Shown here: positions 1 through 9,794 of the stretch, in pieces
Position numbering within the stretch: position 1 is the stretch's first letter
Layout: every line of letters begins with the position of its first letter
Origin: Dehalococcoidia bacterium
GTDB taxonomy: Bacteria; Chloroflexota; Dehalococcoidia; Lucifugimonadales; UBA3495
NCBI GenBank assembly: GCA_965221295.1
Contig: OZ244879.1
Location: 3,281,603 to 3,345,602, forward strand
Length of the DNA: 64,000 nucleotides
Direction: 5' to 3'
The notes under the pieces: model-generated
The model's input: only the letters and a program-made list of their open reading frames with translations
Database searches by the model: none
What the model was told of the DNA's origin: nothing
Translations under genes and position numbers: made by a program

Positions 1-1
1 G

Positions 2-259
2 CGCGTTGCCGGCTATTTGCAGGCCGCCGGAGTGCGCGTAGATGATCACCTATCAGGACCCTTCGGCGACGAGCTGGCCCTGCAGGATTCCGCCGTTGCC
101 GTTCTCGACCGCAACCTTGACCGACACGTTCTGATCATCTTGGCCGATTCCGCCGACACCATGGCCCAATCAATTGACCGCCTGTTCAGCGGCGATTACC
201 GCGAAGACTTGGTCAATGATTTCGCGTCGGTCTCGTCTTTCGCAAAAGAGAGCAAATAG
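2..259 (+). CDS. 3' end of an unidentified CDS entering from upstream of the window
   Basis: Frame open from the window edge to TAG at 257-259. No recognisable family. Confidence 0.3.
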   Translation, partial: RVAGYLQAAGVRVDDHLSGPFGDELALQDSAVAVLDRNLDRHVLIILADSADTMAQSIDRLFSGDYREDLVNDFASVSSFAKESK

Positions 260-262
260 ATT

Positions 263-1747
263 ATGCCCGTCTATCTTCGTTCCTTCCGATTACGGGGTTT
301 GGCCCGAGGGGCGCTTTTGGCCCTGGCATTGCTTGGCGTCGCCGCGTTGGCGGCGTGCACCCAACCGGCAACCCCCGATTCCGCGGCGCCGCCCACGGAA
401 CCACCGCTGATTCCAGCCACTGCGCCCTCCCCCGACCAGGCGGCCGCCGTATCCGACTTCGCCAGCCAACACGCCGCCATCGTTGAGGAATGGAACCTAC
501 TGCACGACGACTTTGACCAATGGAGCGCGGGCCTGTCCGCCTGCCACCCCAACGCCATGCACCTGGCCCTCAACGAACTGGCCGTCTCGTTCAATTCCGT
601 TACCCAAGGGGCTCGCGCCCTGTCCCGCGGGACGACCAGCAGCGAGTTGGCAGACTTGCTGATCGCCGCCGCCGAGGCGGAAGAAGCCGCATTTCGCCAG
701 CTGCGCGACCGTTGGCAACCCAACAACTCCACGCTATTCGAGAACGTGGAACTGCAACGGGCCAAGTCTTCCCAAGCCCAAAAGGACGCTGAAGACCGCG
801 CCATTGAACTTCGCGACGGCCTCCAGGACGCCGCCGACCCGGAGCAAATCGCAGCCTTCCTGGAAGTCTTTGAGGCGTTGAGCGAGGCCTGGAAAAAACT
901 AGGCGACAACTACGAGACCTTGCGGGACGGCGCGGATGACATGGAACTCGCCGCCGTCGCCAAGGGACTAGAAGAACATGTCGCTGGGCTGAAATCCATC
1001 GCTGACGCGATTTCTGAACTACCCGAACTGGAAGGCGCCGAAGACGCGGTGGAGCTACTGACCAGCGCCGCAAAGGCAGAGTCGGAAGCCTTTTCCGACA
1101 TCGTCGACTCCCTGGCCAAGGATCAGGCCGCCAAAACCACCAGCGCCGCCCAGAGCGACGACGCCTCATCGGACGATGCCGACGCCGACGCTGAGTCCGG
1201 CGCCGCCGCCGACGCGTCCACAGCGACAGCCAGCGCCAGCGCCGACGCGCAACTTCCTGACTTCGACCCACTCGACCACGCCGTAGAAGCCAGCGCCGCA
1301 GCCCTCAAGCAGGCCAGCCGCGCCATCGACGGCCTCGCCGACCCCGACGCCGAAAGGACTCTCGCCGAGCTGCAGACGTTCGATACCGAATACCAGAGTC
1401 TGCTCGCATCCTGGTTGTCCTTCCACCAAGCCTACAATGATTGGCGCATGGACGATGGCGGCTGCGACCGAGCGCAGGTAATCGCCGACCTGGATCAGTA
1501 CGCCCTGCGGATCACGTTGCTGGCCAGGGACGTGCGCGGCCTGCCCAGTTCGGGATACCTGCTGCCCATCTACTCCCTGCTCACCGAAGCGGCGGCCCGG
1601 GACGAAAACGCCTTCCGCACCCTCAGCTACACCTGGCAACCCTTCACCCTGGATTCGCTCAAGGCCGTTCATCAGGAAAGAATCAACACCGACAACCTCC
1701 GCAGAGAGGCGGAAATCGCCGTTCAGGAGCTGAAAAACAGGTCTTGA
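263..1747 (+). CDS. Secreted lipoprotein of unknown function with an internally duplicated helical domain
   Basis: N-terminal signal with lipobox LAAC. Two similar halves, each with W..F..W...C ... AAE.E.AFR.L...WQP, separated by an Ala/Asp/Ser-rich linker. Confidence 0.65.
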   Translation: MPVYLRSFRLRGLARGALLALALLGVAALAACTQPATPDSAAPPTEPPLIPATAPSPDQAAAVSDFASQHAAIVEEWNLLHDDFDQWSAGLSACHPNAMHLALNELAVSFNSVTQGARALSRGTTSSELADLLIAAAEAEEAAFRQLRDRWQPNNSTLFENVELQRAKSSQAQKDAEDRAIELRDGLQDAADPEQIAAFLEVFEALSEAWKKLGDNYETLRDGADDMELAAVAKGLEEHVAGLKSIADAISELPELEGAEDAVELLTSAAKAESEAFSDIVDSLAKDQAAKTTSAAQSDDASSDDADADAESGAAADASTATASASADAQLPDFDPLDHAVEASAAALKQASRAIDGLADPDAERTLAELQTFDTEYQSLLASWLSFHQAYNDWRMDDGGCDRAQVIADLDQYALRITLLARDVRGLPSSGYLLPIYSLLTEAAARDENAFRTLSYTWQPFTLDSLKAVHQERINTDNLRREAEIAVQELKNRS

Positions 1748-1813
1748 ACCAGCTCTTTGCCCGTGCACTGGCTGTTTGCCCGTGAGCGTGCCTTTTGATA
1801 AGGAGACCAGACC

Positions 1814-2725
1814 ATGGCCCTGCCACCGGACCGTATCGACTATCTGCCCATCATCGACCGGCCCATCATCAAATGGCCCAACGACGCTCGCGTCGCCCTG
1901 TGGATCTCCCCCAACGTGGAGCACTACGAATACCAGCCCGTCAATGAAGGCGTCCGCGACCCGTGGCCGCGCACCCCGTATCCCGACGTGCAGCAATACA
2001 CCTACCGCGATTACGGCAACCGAGTCGGATTCTGGCGGATGCTCGAACCCCTGGACAAGCACGGCATTCGCTGCTGCGTTTCCCTCAACCTGGCCGTGCT
2101 GGAGCACTTCCCGGAAATCGCTGAGGCCATGATCGAGCGCGATTACGACTTCATGAGCCACGGCATCTACAACACCCGCTACCTCTACACCTGCACGGAA
2201 GACGAAGAGCGCGAATTCTACCGCGACTGCATCGACACCCTGAAGCGACACACCGGCAAGCAGCTCAAGGGAATGCTTGGCCCCGCCATCTCCGGCAGCG
2301 TGAGCACGCCCGACCTCATGGCCGAGGCGGGCTTGATCTACCACACGGACTGGTTCCACGACGACCAGCCCACGCCGATCAAGGTCAACGCCGGCAAACT
2401 GGTTTCGGTGCCCTACTCCATCGAACTGAACGATTCTTCAGTACTGCGAGACAACCACTACAGCGCCGAATACTTCGCCGACATCTGCAAGGCCCAGTTC
2501 GACCAACTCTACGAGGAAGGAGCCGAGAGCGGGCGCGTCATGTGCATCGCCTTGCACCCTTTCCTGATCGGTCAACCCCACCGCATCAAGTACCTGGAAG
2601 ATACGCTGGACTACATCATGTCCCACGACGGCGTATGGCAAACCACCGCCGATGAAATCGCTGAGTATTACATCGCCAATTACTACGACCAGTCCGTGTC
2701 CCACGCCCGGCAGCTCGGCGGATGA
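1814..2725 (+). CDS. Polysaccharide deacetylase family protein (PuuE-type allantoinase-like)
   Basis: 303 aa. The N-terminal pattern IIKWPNDARVALWISPNVEHYEY and the later HG..H motifs are typical of the PuuE/deacetylase fold. GGAG precedes the ATG. Confidence 0.8.
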   Translation: MALPPDRIDYLPIIDRPIIKWPNDARVALWISPNVEHYEYQPVNEGVRDPWPRTPYPDVQQYTYRDYGNRVGFWRMLEPLDKHGIRCCVSLNLAVLEHFPEIAEAMIERDYDFMSHGIYNTRYLYTCTEDEEREFYRDCIDTLKRHTGKQLKGMLGPAISGSVSTPDLMAEAGLIYHTDWFHDDQPTPIKVNAGKLVSVPYSIELNDSSVLRDNHYSAEYFADICKAQFDQLYEEGAESGRVMCIALHPFLIGQPHRIKYLEDTLDYIMSHDGVWQTTADEIAEYYIANYYDQSVSHARQLGG

Positions 2726-2752
2726 CGCCGCTGGCCCCGTTTACGACCCGGT

Positions 2753-3694
2753 ATGACGCAACGCTCCCGGAAGATAGCAGATATGCCCGCTCAACGAACC
2801 TTCGGCATGGACCACCCCCACCACGAGTGGTCTCCAATCACCACGCGGCCCACCCTGCGTTGGCCCCACGACGCCCAGGTAGCCCTCTGCGTCATTCTGT
2901 CGCTGGAGCATATGGAATGGGAACCCCCGGCCACCGCTTTCCAGGTCGCCAACCTGGCCGGCGGTTCCGCTCCCCGCGCCTTTCCCGACTATGCCCGCGT
3001 GTCCCACCGCGAATACGGCCACCGGGTGGGAATCTTTCGGCTGCTGGACATCCTGGATAAGCATGGCATCACCGCCACGATTGCCATGGATGCCATGACG
3101 GCTGAAAACTACCCCTACCTGGTTCGCCATTGCCTCGACCGTGGCTGCGAAATCATCGGCCACGGCGTGTCGGTCAGCCGGATGATCACCAGCAATATGT
3201 CCGAGCAGGACGAGCGAGACTACATCCAGTCGTCGATCGACGCCCTGGCCCGGGCCACCGGCTCGGCGCCTCACGGATGGCTGGGCCCCGAGTACGGCGA
3301 GTCCGACCGGACGCCCCGGCTGCTGGCCGAGGCTGGAATCCGGTACGTCTGCGACTGGGCCAACGACGAACAGCCTTACCCCATGACCGTCGGCGGGAGC
3401 CCTTTCTACGCGCTGCCGCTGCTCTACGAGCTGGACGATGTGGCCGCTTTGGCCCAGCGCAAGGTAACCGTCGCCGACTACCAGCGCCGGCTCATCGAGA
3501 GCTACGAGGTTCTGCGCGACGACGGCGCCGTGACGGGCCGTCTGCTGGCGTTGCACTGGCGCCCCTGGCTGATCGGACAGCCCTTCCGGGTAGCGGCCGT
3601 TGACCGGGCTCTGGCGCGCATAATGGAACAGGGCGGCGTGTGGCCGGCCACCGGCTCCGAAATCATAGAGTGGTACCGGTCCCAATTGACCTGA
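2753..3694 (+). CDS. Polysaccharide deacetylase family protein, paralogue of the preceding gene
   Basis: Aligns by eye with 1814-2725 (TLRWPHDAQVALCVILSLEHMEW). The start is uncertain: ATG at 2753, 2783 or 2807. Confidence 0.8.
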   Translation: MTQRSRKIADMPAQRTFGMDHPHHEWSPITTRPTLRWPHDAQVALCVILSLEHMEWEPPATAFQVANLAGGSAPRAFPDYARVSHREYGHRVGIFRLLDILDKHGITATIAMDAMTAENYPYLVRHCLDRGCEIIGHGVSVSRMITSNMSEQDERDYIQSSIDALARATGSAPHGWLGPEYGESDRTPRLLAEAGIRYVCDWANDEQPYPMTVGGSPFYALPLLYELDDVAALAQRKVTVADYQRRLIESYEVLRDDGAVTGRLLALHWRPWLIGQPFRVAAVDRALARIMEQGGVWPATGSEIIEWYRSQLT

Positions 3695-4006
3695 CGGGAC
3701 GACGGCGCTGATGTGGTTATAGCGAAGGTATCCCAAGTTAGCGATTTTCGATAACGTAGGTCCAATTTGCTATGAACGACGGGAGTAGCGGTTAACGGCG
3801 ATCTTTGGACGCCATAGTTGAACAAACGCTCCGCTATCCCTACTTCCTGCAGGAATGAGCGAGTACGTTTCGGATGTCGCAGAGCAAGCGCCAACAGCTA
3901 GAACCAATGCAGAACACATATTCGACGAATTCATGCTCCGCATCATGCCCGGCGATGACTGGCGGGCGACGCAGTAGCAGTAGCAGTAGCATCGGGAGGT
4001 GAACCG

Positions 4007-5545
4007 ATGGCTTCCTCGCTCATTTGGGGCAAATGCCTCCTCACCGCCGCCGGCGACGCCCACCGCGTATCTTCGCTGGCCGACGCAGCCGTTTACCAGG
4101 AAGATGGACTCATCGTTGACGTCGGACCCTACCAGCAATTGCGGGCGAAATACTCCCCGGATGCTGAATTGGGCGGTCCCGGCTACGCCATAGTCCCCGG
4201 ATTGGTTAACTCCCATCACCACGGCCGCGGCGTGACAACCCTCCAGATGGGAACCTGCGACGATTGCCTGGAAATGTGGATCCTGGCCGGCTGGGGACGA
4301 CGACCCTACGACCACTACCTCATGACGTTGTACACCGCCCTCAACATGCTGGAATCCGGTACCACCACCGTTATGTACAACCACCCTCAAACGCCGGCCG
4401 CCACCCTGCGGGAGGATGTTGAGGCGGTGATCCGCGGTTTCCTCGACGCCGGTATGCGGGTCGCCTTCTCCAGCTACCTCCGCAATCAGAATCGCATCGT
4501 GTACGGCGACGACGACGCCTTCCTGTCCGGCCTGCCCTCCGACCTCGCGCGTGATGTTCACCGCCATCTGGCGGCGAGCCACATGACCGACGACGATTAC
4601 TTTGCCTTTACCGATGAACTGTACCGCGAATATCACGCTCACCCGTCCGGCAAGGTCAGAGTATTGCTGAGCCCCGCCAACGTCCAGTGGAATTCCGATG
4701 ACTTCCTGCTGCGAACCAAAGAGCGAGCCGCCAGCCTCCAAACCGGCATCCACATGCACCTGGTAGAAAGCCCGTACCAAAGGGACTACGGCATCAGAAC
4801 CTGGGGCAAAACGCCGGTGGCGCACCTGCACGACCTGGAGTTTCTGGGACCCGAAGTGTCCTTCGCCCACGCCGTTTGGCTCACCGAGAGCGACATTGAC
4901 CTGCTGGCGGATGCCGGAGCCACCGTGTGCCACAACGCCAGTTCCAACCTGCGCCTCAAGAACGGCATCGCCCCGGTGAACCCCATGCTGGCACGGGGCC
5001 TCAATGTGGCCATGGGCACCGACAGCACAGCCATCAACGACGACGACGACCTGCTGCAGGAAATGCGCCTCGTCAGCAAACTGCACCGTCAGCCTGGACT
5101 GGACTCTCCGGCCATCGCCGCCGATCAGACCTTCGCCATGGCCACGGCCAACGCCGCCTCGCCCACCGGCTTCGGGGACGCCATCGGCCGACTGGAGCCG
5201 GGGCGCCGCGCTGACCTGATCCTCATTCGCCTCGACGCCCTGCAAGACCCCTACTTGGACGACGAGGTTCCATCCGTAGAACTGATCGTCGGCCGGGCCA
5301 AGTCCCGGGACATCGCCTCCGTCATGGTCGACGGCGAGGTTTTGCTGAACGACGGGCGGCATCGCCAGGTCAACAAGGCGGAACTGGCCAGCGAACTGCG
5401 CGAACAGCTGGCCCGACCATTGGAACCTGATACCATCGCCACCCGGCAAATGGCCCGGCGGTTGGCTCCTCACGTCGAAGGCTTCTACCGGAACCATCCG
5501 CCCAGCCTGGAAAACCCTCACTACGTATTCAACAGTCGCGACTGA
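4007..5545 (+). CDS. Metal-dependent amidohydrolase (deaminase/chlorohydrolase-like superfamily)
   Basis: 512 aa. HxH motif in GLVNSHHHG and downstream His/Asp ligand contexts. GGAGGT lies 7 nt upstream of the ATG. Confidence 0.85.
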   Translation: MASSLIWGKCLLTAAGDAHRVSSLADAAVYQEDGLIVDVGPYQQLRAKYSPDAELGGPGYAIVPGLVNSHHHGRGVTTLQMGTCDDCLEMWILAGWGRRPYDHYLMTLYTALNMLESGTTTVMYNHPQTPAATLREDVEAVIRGFLDAGMRVAFSSYLRNQNRIVYGDDDAFLSGLPSDLARDVHRHLAASHMTDDDYFAFTDELYREYHAHPSGKVRVLLSPANVQWNSDDFLLRTKERAASLQTGIHMHLVESPYQRDYGIRTWGKTPVAHLHDLEFLGPEVSFAHAVWLTESDIDLLADAGATVCHNASSNLRLKNGIAPVNPMLARGLNVAMGTDSTAINDDDDLLQEMRLVSKLHRQPGLDSPAIAADQTFAMATANAASPTGFGDAIGRLEPGRRADLILIRLDALQDPYLDDEVPSVELIVGRAKSRDIASVMVDGEVLLNDGRHRQVNKAELASELREQLARPLEPDTIATRQMARRLAPHVEGFYRNHPPSLENPHYVFNSRD

Positions 5546-5561
5546 CCGTTGCCAGGATAAT

Positions 5562-7646
5562 ATGCCGCGTCATGCCCTTGCCGTCGATGTGGGCGGCACC
5601 TTCACCGACATCGTTCTGTGCGACCTTGAAACCGGCGCCCAGACCGTCCACAAAACGCCTTCCACGCCCGACGATCCTTCGGTGGGCTTCATGCGCGGCC
5701 TGGGGGAGATTCTGCAGTCGCAAAGCCTGCCCTTCGACTCGCTGATCCACATCCTCCACGGCACCACCATCGCCACCAACTCCGTCCTGGAAAACAAGGG
5801 CGCGCCGGTGGGGTTGCTGGTCACCAACGGGTACAAATACGTCCTCGAGATCGCCCGGCACGGCACGCCTCGCCTGGTCAACCCCAACACGTGGGTCAAG
5901 CCAGAACGCCCGGTGCGGCCACGCGATTGCCTGGAAATCAACGAAAGGGTCGCTTTCGGGGGCGACATTCTCCAGCCGCTGGAAGAGGCCGACGTGGTCC
6001 GCGCGGCCCGGCAATTTGCGCGTTCCGGCGTGGCGGCCATCGCGGTCGCGTTCCTCCATTCCTACGCCAACCCCGCCCACGAGCGGCGCGCTCGCGAAAT
6101 CTTGGAGCGGGAGCTGCCGGGCGTTCCCGTGTCCCTGTCGTCCGACGTGCTGCCGGTATATCGGGAGTACGAACGCGCCATCACCACCGTGCTCAACGCA
6201 TACGTCACGCCTCGGGTTAGCCGCTACCTGGAAAATCTCAAACGTTCGCTGGAAGAATCGGAAATCTCAGCCGCGCTATCCATAATGAAGTCCAACGGTG
6301 GGATCATCGGCGCGGACACGGCGGTTCGCCAACCCGTTTACACCGCGCTCTCTGGCCCGGCGGCCGGCGTGATGGCCACCGTCCAGATCGCCGAGGCGGC
6401 GGGTATCGACAACTGCATCTCCTTCGACATGGGGGGCACCAGCGCCGACGTTTCCCTGCTGCGCAACCGACAACCCGGCCTCACCCTGGACGGGAAGTTG
6501 GGCGATTGGCCGGTTCAACTTCCCATGCTGGACATCGCCACCATCGGCTGCGGCGGCGGAAGCATCGCCTCCGTTTCGCCCTACGGCAGCCTCACCGTCG
6601 GCCCCGACAGCGCCGGCGCCGACCCCGGTCCCGCCTGCTACGGCCGGGGCGCGATGTTTCCCACCGTCACCGACGCCAACCTGGTCCTGGGAAGGGTCAG
6701 CCCGCAGATCGCCAACGGTCAACTGGTACTGGACGCCCAATTGGCCCATCGCGCCATCTCCGAGGCCATCTCGACCCGCCTGAGCTTGGACACGCCGGCC
6801 GCCGCAAGCGGCATCCTGCGGATCGCCAACAACAACATGGTCGGCGCCATCCGCAACATCAGCGTCGAGCGGGGACACGACCCTCGCGATTTCGCCCTGG
6901 TCGCCTACGGTGGAGCCGGACCCATGCACGCCATTGACGTGGCCAACCTGCTCGGCATCAACCAGGTCGTGGCGCCCGCCCATCCCGGCGCCACCTCCGC
7001 ATACGGATTGCTGGCCGCGGAGTTCAAAAACGACTACGCCCGTACCTTCCCACAGCGCGCCCCGGACTATGACCTTGACGCCATGGCCGCCGTTTTCGCG
7101 GAATTGCAGCAAGAAGGGCGCGACTGGCTGCAGGGAGAGGGCGTTCCCGGGGCCAGCCACGTCATCAACTACCACGCCGATCTCCGTTACACTCATCAAG
7201 GATCCGAACTCACCGTCCCCTACCGGCATCCGCAAATCAACCCGCAGGGATTCCAGCAGATGCTCGAAGAATTCCACGCCGAGCACCGGCAACTCTACGG
7301 CTTCTCCCTTGACCAGCCCGTGGAAATCGTGACCCTGCGGGCGACCGCCATCGGCCAGGTGGCCCGCGCCCGGATGCAACCCATCAGCGCCAACCCAGCC
7401 GACCACAGCGACGGTTCAATTCCCAGGCGGGCGCTGATCGAGCGCCGGCCCGTGCACTTCGACGAAACATCGGGATTCGTAGAGTGCCCCATCTACCAGC
7501 GCGCCGAACTGCCACCAGGCGCCCACTTCAACGGCCCCGCCATCCTGGAAGGCATGGACTCCACCGTCGTCGTCAACCCCGGCTGGCGCGGTCGCATCGA
7601 CCAATACGGCAATTGCATCATGCGATCGGAAAGGAACCCAACATGA
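5562..7646 (+). CDS. hyuA: Hydantoinase/oxoprolinase A subunit (N-methylhydantoinase A-like)
   Basis: 694 aa. N-terminal ALAVDVGGTFTDIVL ATPase motif, with family-typical length and content. Confidence 0.9.
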   Translation: MPRHALAVDVGGTFTDIVLCDLETGAQTVHKTPSTPDDPSVGFMRGLGEILQSQSLPFDSLIHILHGTTIATNSVLENKGAPVGLLVTNGYKYVLEIARHGTPRLVNPNTWVKPERPVRPRDCLEINERVAFGGDILQPLEEADVVRAARQFARSGVAAIAVAFLHSYANPAHERRAREILERELPGVPVSLSSDVLPVYREYERAITTVLNAYVTPRVSRYLENLKRSLEESEISAALSIMKSNGGIIGADTAVRQPVYTALSGPAAGVMATVQIAEAAGIDNCISFDMGGTSADVSLLRNRQPGLTLDGKLGDWPVQLPMLDIATIGCGGGSIASVSPYGSLTVGPDSAGADPGPACYGRGAMFPTVTDANLVLGRVSPQIANGQLVLDAQLAHRAISEAISTRLSLDTPAAASGILRIANNNMVGAIRNISVERGHDPRDFALVAYGGAGPMHAIDVANLLGINQVVAPAHPGATSAYGLLAAEFKNDYARTFPQRAPDYDLDAMAAVFAELQQEGRDWLQGEGVPGASHVINYHADLRYTHQGSELTVPYRHPQINPQGFQQMLEEFHAEHRQLYGFSLDQPVEIVTLRATAIGQVARARMQPISANPADHSDGSIPRRALIERRPVHFDETSGFVECPIYQRAELPPGAHFNGPAILEGMDSTVVVNPGWRGRIDQYGNCIMRSERNPT

Positions 7647-9478
7647 CCGACCATCTTTCCGCCCCCGTTGATCCCGTGACGCGGCAGCTCATTCGTGGCG
7701 GGCTGCGCGCCGCTCGCCTGGAGTGCGAGCTGATCATCGAGCGCACGGCCATGTCCGCCTTCATTCGTGAGAAGAAGGATTACACCGTCAGCTTCCTGGA
7801 CCGCCACGGTCAGGAAATCTACGGCGACACCATGGGCAGCGATATCCTGGGCTGTGTCTGGCAATGCTACCCCGTTGAATCCATGCGCCCGGATGACCTC
7901 TATTGGTATAACGATCCCTACTTGTCGCAGGGCAGCATCACCCACACCCCCGACATGGTGTTCATCGCCCCCGTATTCCATGATGGCGAGGTCGTCGCCT
8001 ACTGTCATTCCTTCGCGCACTTCTGGGATCTGGGAGGTTCGCGGCCCGGCAGCATCGGGCCCGCCAATACCGAAATCTTCCACGACGGCACCCTGGTGCC
8101 GCCCATCAAGATCATCGACGCCGGTCGGCTCAACGACGAGGCCTACCGCATCATCCTGCGCAACTCCCGCTATCCCGACCTCCTGGAAGGAGACTCCCGC
8201 GCCCTCATGGCCGCGGCGAGCCGAGCCCAGGAGCGTTTGCTGGAGATGTTCCACCGTTTCGGGAAGGACACCATGTTGGCCGCCATCGAGCAGGATCAGG
8301 CCGACACTGCCCGCCTCGTGCGCGACAAAACCCTACAGCTGATTCCCGAAGGGGAGTATACCGTCCGCGACTACATGGATCACGCCGGCGTGGGCGATGA
8401 CTGGCATTCCTTCCACCTGAAACTCAGCCGCAAGGGCGACGACGTGACCCTGGACGCCACCGCCAGCGACGACCAAGCCCACGGTTCCATCAATTTCATC
8501 GCCAGCGATGGAGCCCTCAAAGCCTACTTCGGCCAGTATTTCCACCAGTTTGACCCTTCGCTCCTGGCCAATCACGGGCTCCTTGCCGGCATCGACGCTG
8601 TGAATCTGCGACCAGGCAGCATTCTGCGGCCCGAATGGCCGGCCGCGCTGGGTTGTCGGGCCCACACCTTCACCAAGCTCAAGAGCGCCGTGCGCGCTGT
8701 GGTCGCCCAGGCCACCGACGGCGAGGTCATGGCCGCCGCCGCCGTTTACGTCATCGCCTACTGGCGCATGAAAGACGACGCCAACGGCGATTGGTTACTG
8801 TGCACCGACGGGATCGCCGTGGGACACGGCGCCCGCCCTTCCGGCGATGGCCTCGACGCAATTTACCAACGGCACAACGAAAACTATCCCGCCGAGTTCA
8901 TGGAGATGGAGTATCCCCTTCGCCTGGAACGCTACGCCATATCCACCGACTCCGGCGGCCCCGGAAAATTCCGCGGCGGATGCGGCGTGATCCGCGATGT
9001 CCGCCTGCTGGCCGACGCGGGAACCTTCGGTTTGCGGGTGGAGAATCACATATTCCCCGCCTGGGGCGTCGCCGGAGGATTGGGCGGCGGCTTGTCCCGG
9101 GTGGTCCTCAACCCGGATACTCCCAACGAACGGGAAATACGTCCCTTCTCAGACGACAACCATTGGCAACGGGGCGACTTGGTGCGGATCTACACCGCCG
9201 GCGGCGGCGGGTGGGGCGATCCCCTGGAACGCGACCCTGCCCAGGTTTTGGATGATGCGCTCGATGGCTTCGTTTCCCAGGAAGCCGCTCGCGAGCATTA
9301 CGGAGTCATCATCGATCTCGACGCGCAGGCGGTGGACGCCGCCGCCACCGATGCCGCTCGCGCCGCCCTCCGGGATTCGCGCGGCCGCCCGGAGATGTTC
9401 CATCGGTTCAACTACTTCCGAACCGAATCCGATGAATTCCGCTGGGTGAACCAAAACATCCCCCGCCATTCTGCCTGA
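7643..9478 (+). CDS. hyuB: Hydantoinase B/oxoprolinase subunit
   Basis: The ORF-track start at 7484 was trimmed to the ATG at 7643, which overlaps the hyuA stop as ATGA. The product begins MTDHLSAPVDPVTRQLIRGGL, typical of HyuB. Confidence 0.9.
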   Translation: MTDHLSAPVDPVTRQLIRGGLRAARLECELIIERTAMSAFIREKKDYTVSFLDRHGQEIYGDTMGSDILGCVWQCYPVESMRPDDLYWYNDPYLSQGSITHTPDMVFIAPVFHDGEVVAYCHSFAHFWDLGGSRPGSIGPANTEIFHDGTLVPPIKIIDAGRLNDEAYRIILRNSRYPDLLEGDSRALMAAASRAQERLLEMFHRFGKDTMLAAIEQDQADTARLVRDKTLQLIPEGEYTVRDYMDHAGVGDDWHSFHLKLSRKGDDVTLDATASDDQAHGSINFIASDGALKAYFGQYFHQFDPSLLANHGLLAGIDAVNLRPGSILRPEWPAALGCRAHTFTKLKSAVRAVVAQATDGEVMAAAAVYVIAYWRMKDDANGDWLLCTDGIAVGHGARPSGDGLDAIYQRHNENYPAEFMEMEYPLRLERYAISTDSGGPGKFRGGCGVIRDVRLLADAGTFGLRVENHIFPAWGVAGGLGGGLSRVVLNPDTPNEREIRPFSDDNHWQRGDLVRIYTAGGGGWGDPLERDPAQVLDDALDGFVSQEAAREHYGVIIDLDAQAVDAAATDAARAALRDSRGRPEMFHRFNYFRTESDEFRWVNQNIPRHSA

Positions 9479-9594
9479 AGGAACTACCTCGGAGCCGGCA
9501 TCCCACCCACAGCAGTAGCCCTGCCGGACGTTCCGTCGGAAGGAGCGCCAGATTCAAAGGCGCGGAATGGATGCCTGGGCGCGGGGCAAAAAAA

Positions 9595-9669
9595 TGGAGC
9601 GGAAGACGGGATTCGAACCCGCGACCTTCTCCTTGGCAAGGAGACGCTCTACCACTGAGCCACTTCCGC
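9595..9669 (-). tRNA. tRNA-Gly (anticodon GCC), CCA encoded
   Basis: The reverse complement folds as a cloverleaf. Acceptor stem GCGGAAG/CTTCCGC, anticodon loop TTGCCAA, T-arm GGTTCGAATCC. Confidence 0.9.
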
Positions 9670-9794
9670 CCAAAATAGCTGGGCTGCGGCGTCCAATTCC
9701 AGAAAACTAGGCTTAGCCGCAAAATCAGTATATCGCGTTTCCACAACCCTGTACAGCGCTTGTACTCGTTCAGTACATTTGTGATCCCTGGAGC

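Noticed and set aside
1166-2359. Long antisense ORFs opposite well-supported genes. Examples are 1166-2359(-), 3770-5521(-), 6276-7406(-), 25175-26509(+), 36641-37672(-), 53044-54390(+), 57168-59393(+) and 59651-60616(-).
   Set aside because: These are typical high-GC artefacts. They have Arg/Gly/Ala/Pro-rich compositions and no motifs, and each fully overlaps a gene with clear family signatures on the other strand.
9480-9594. Possible tRNA-Sec, suggested by the hairpin GCGCC-AGATTCAAA-GGCGC containing TCA.
   Set aside because: The loop is 9 nt rather than 7. There is no T-arm (GGTTCGAATCC-like) and no acceptor pairing around it. No other tRNA-Sec candidate was found near the tRNA clusters.
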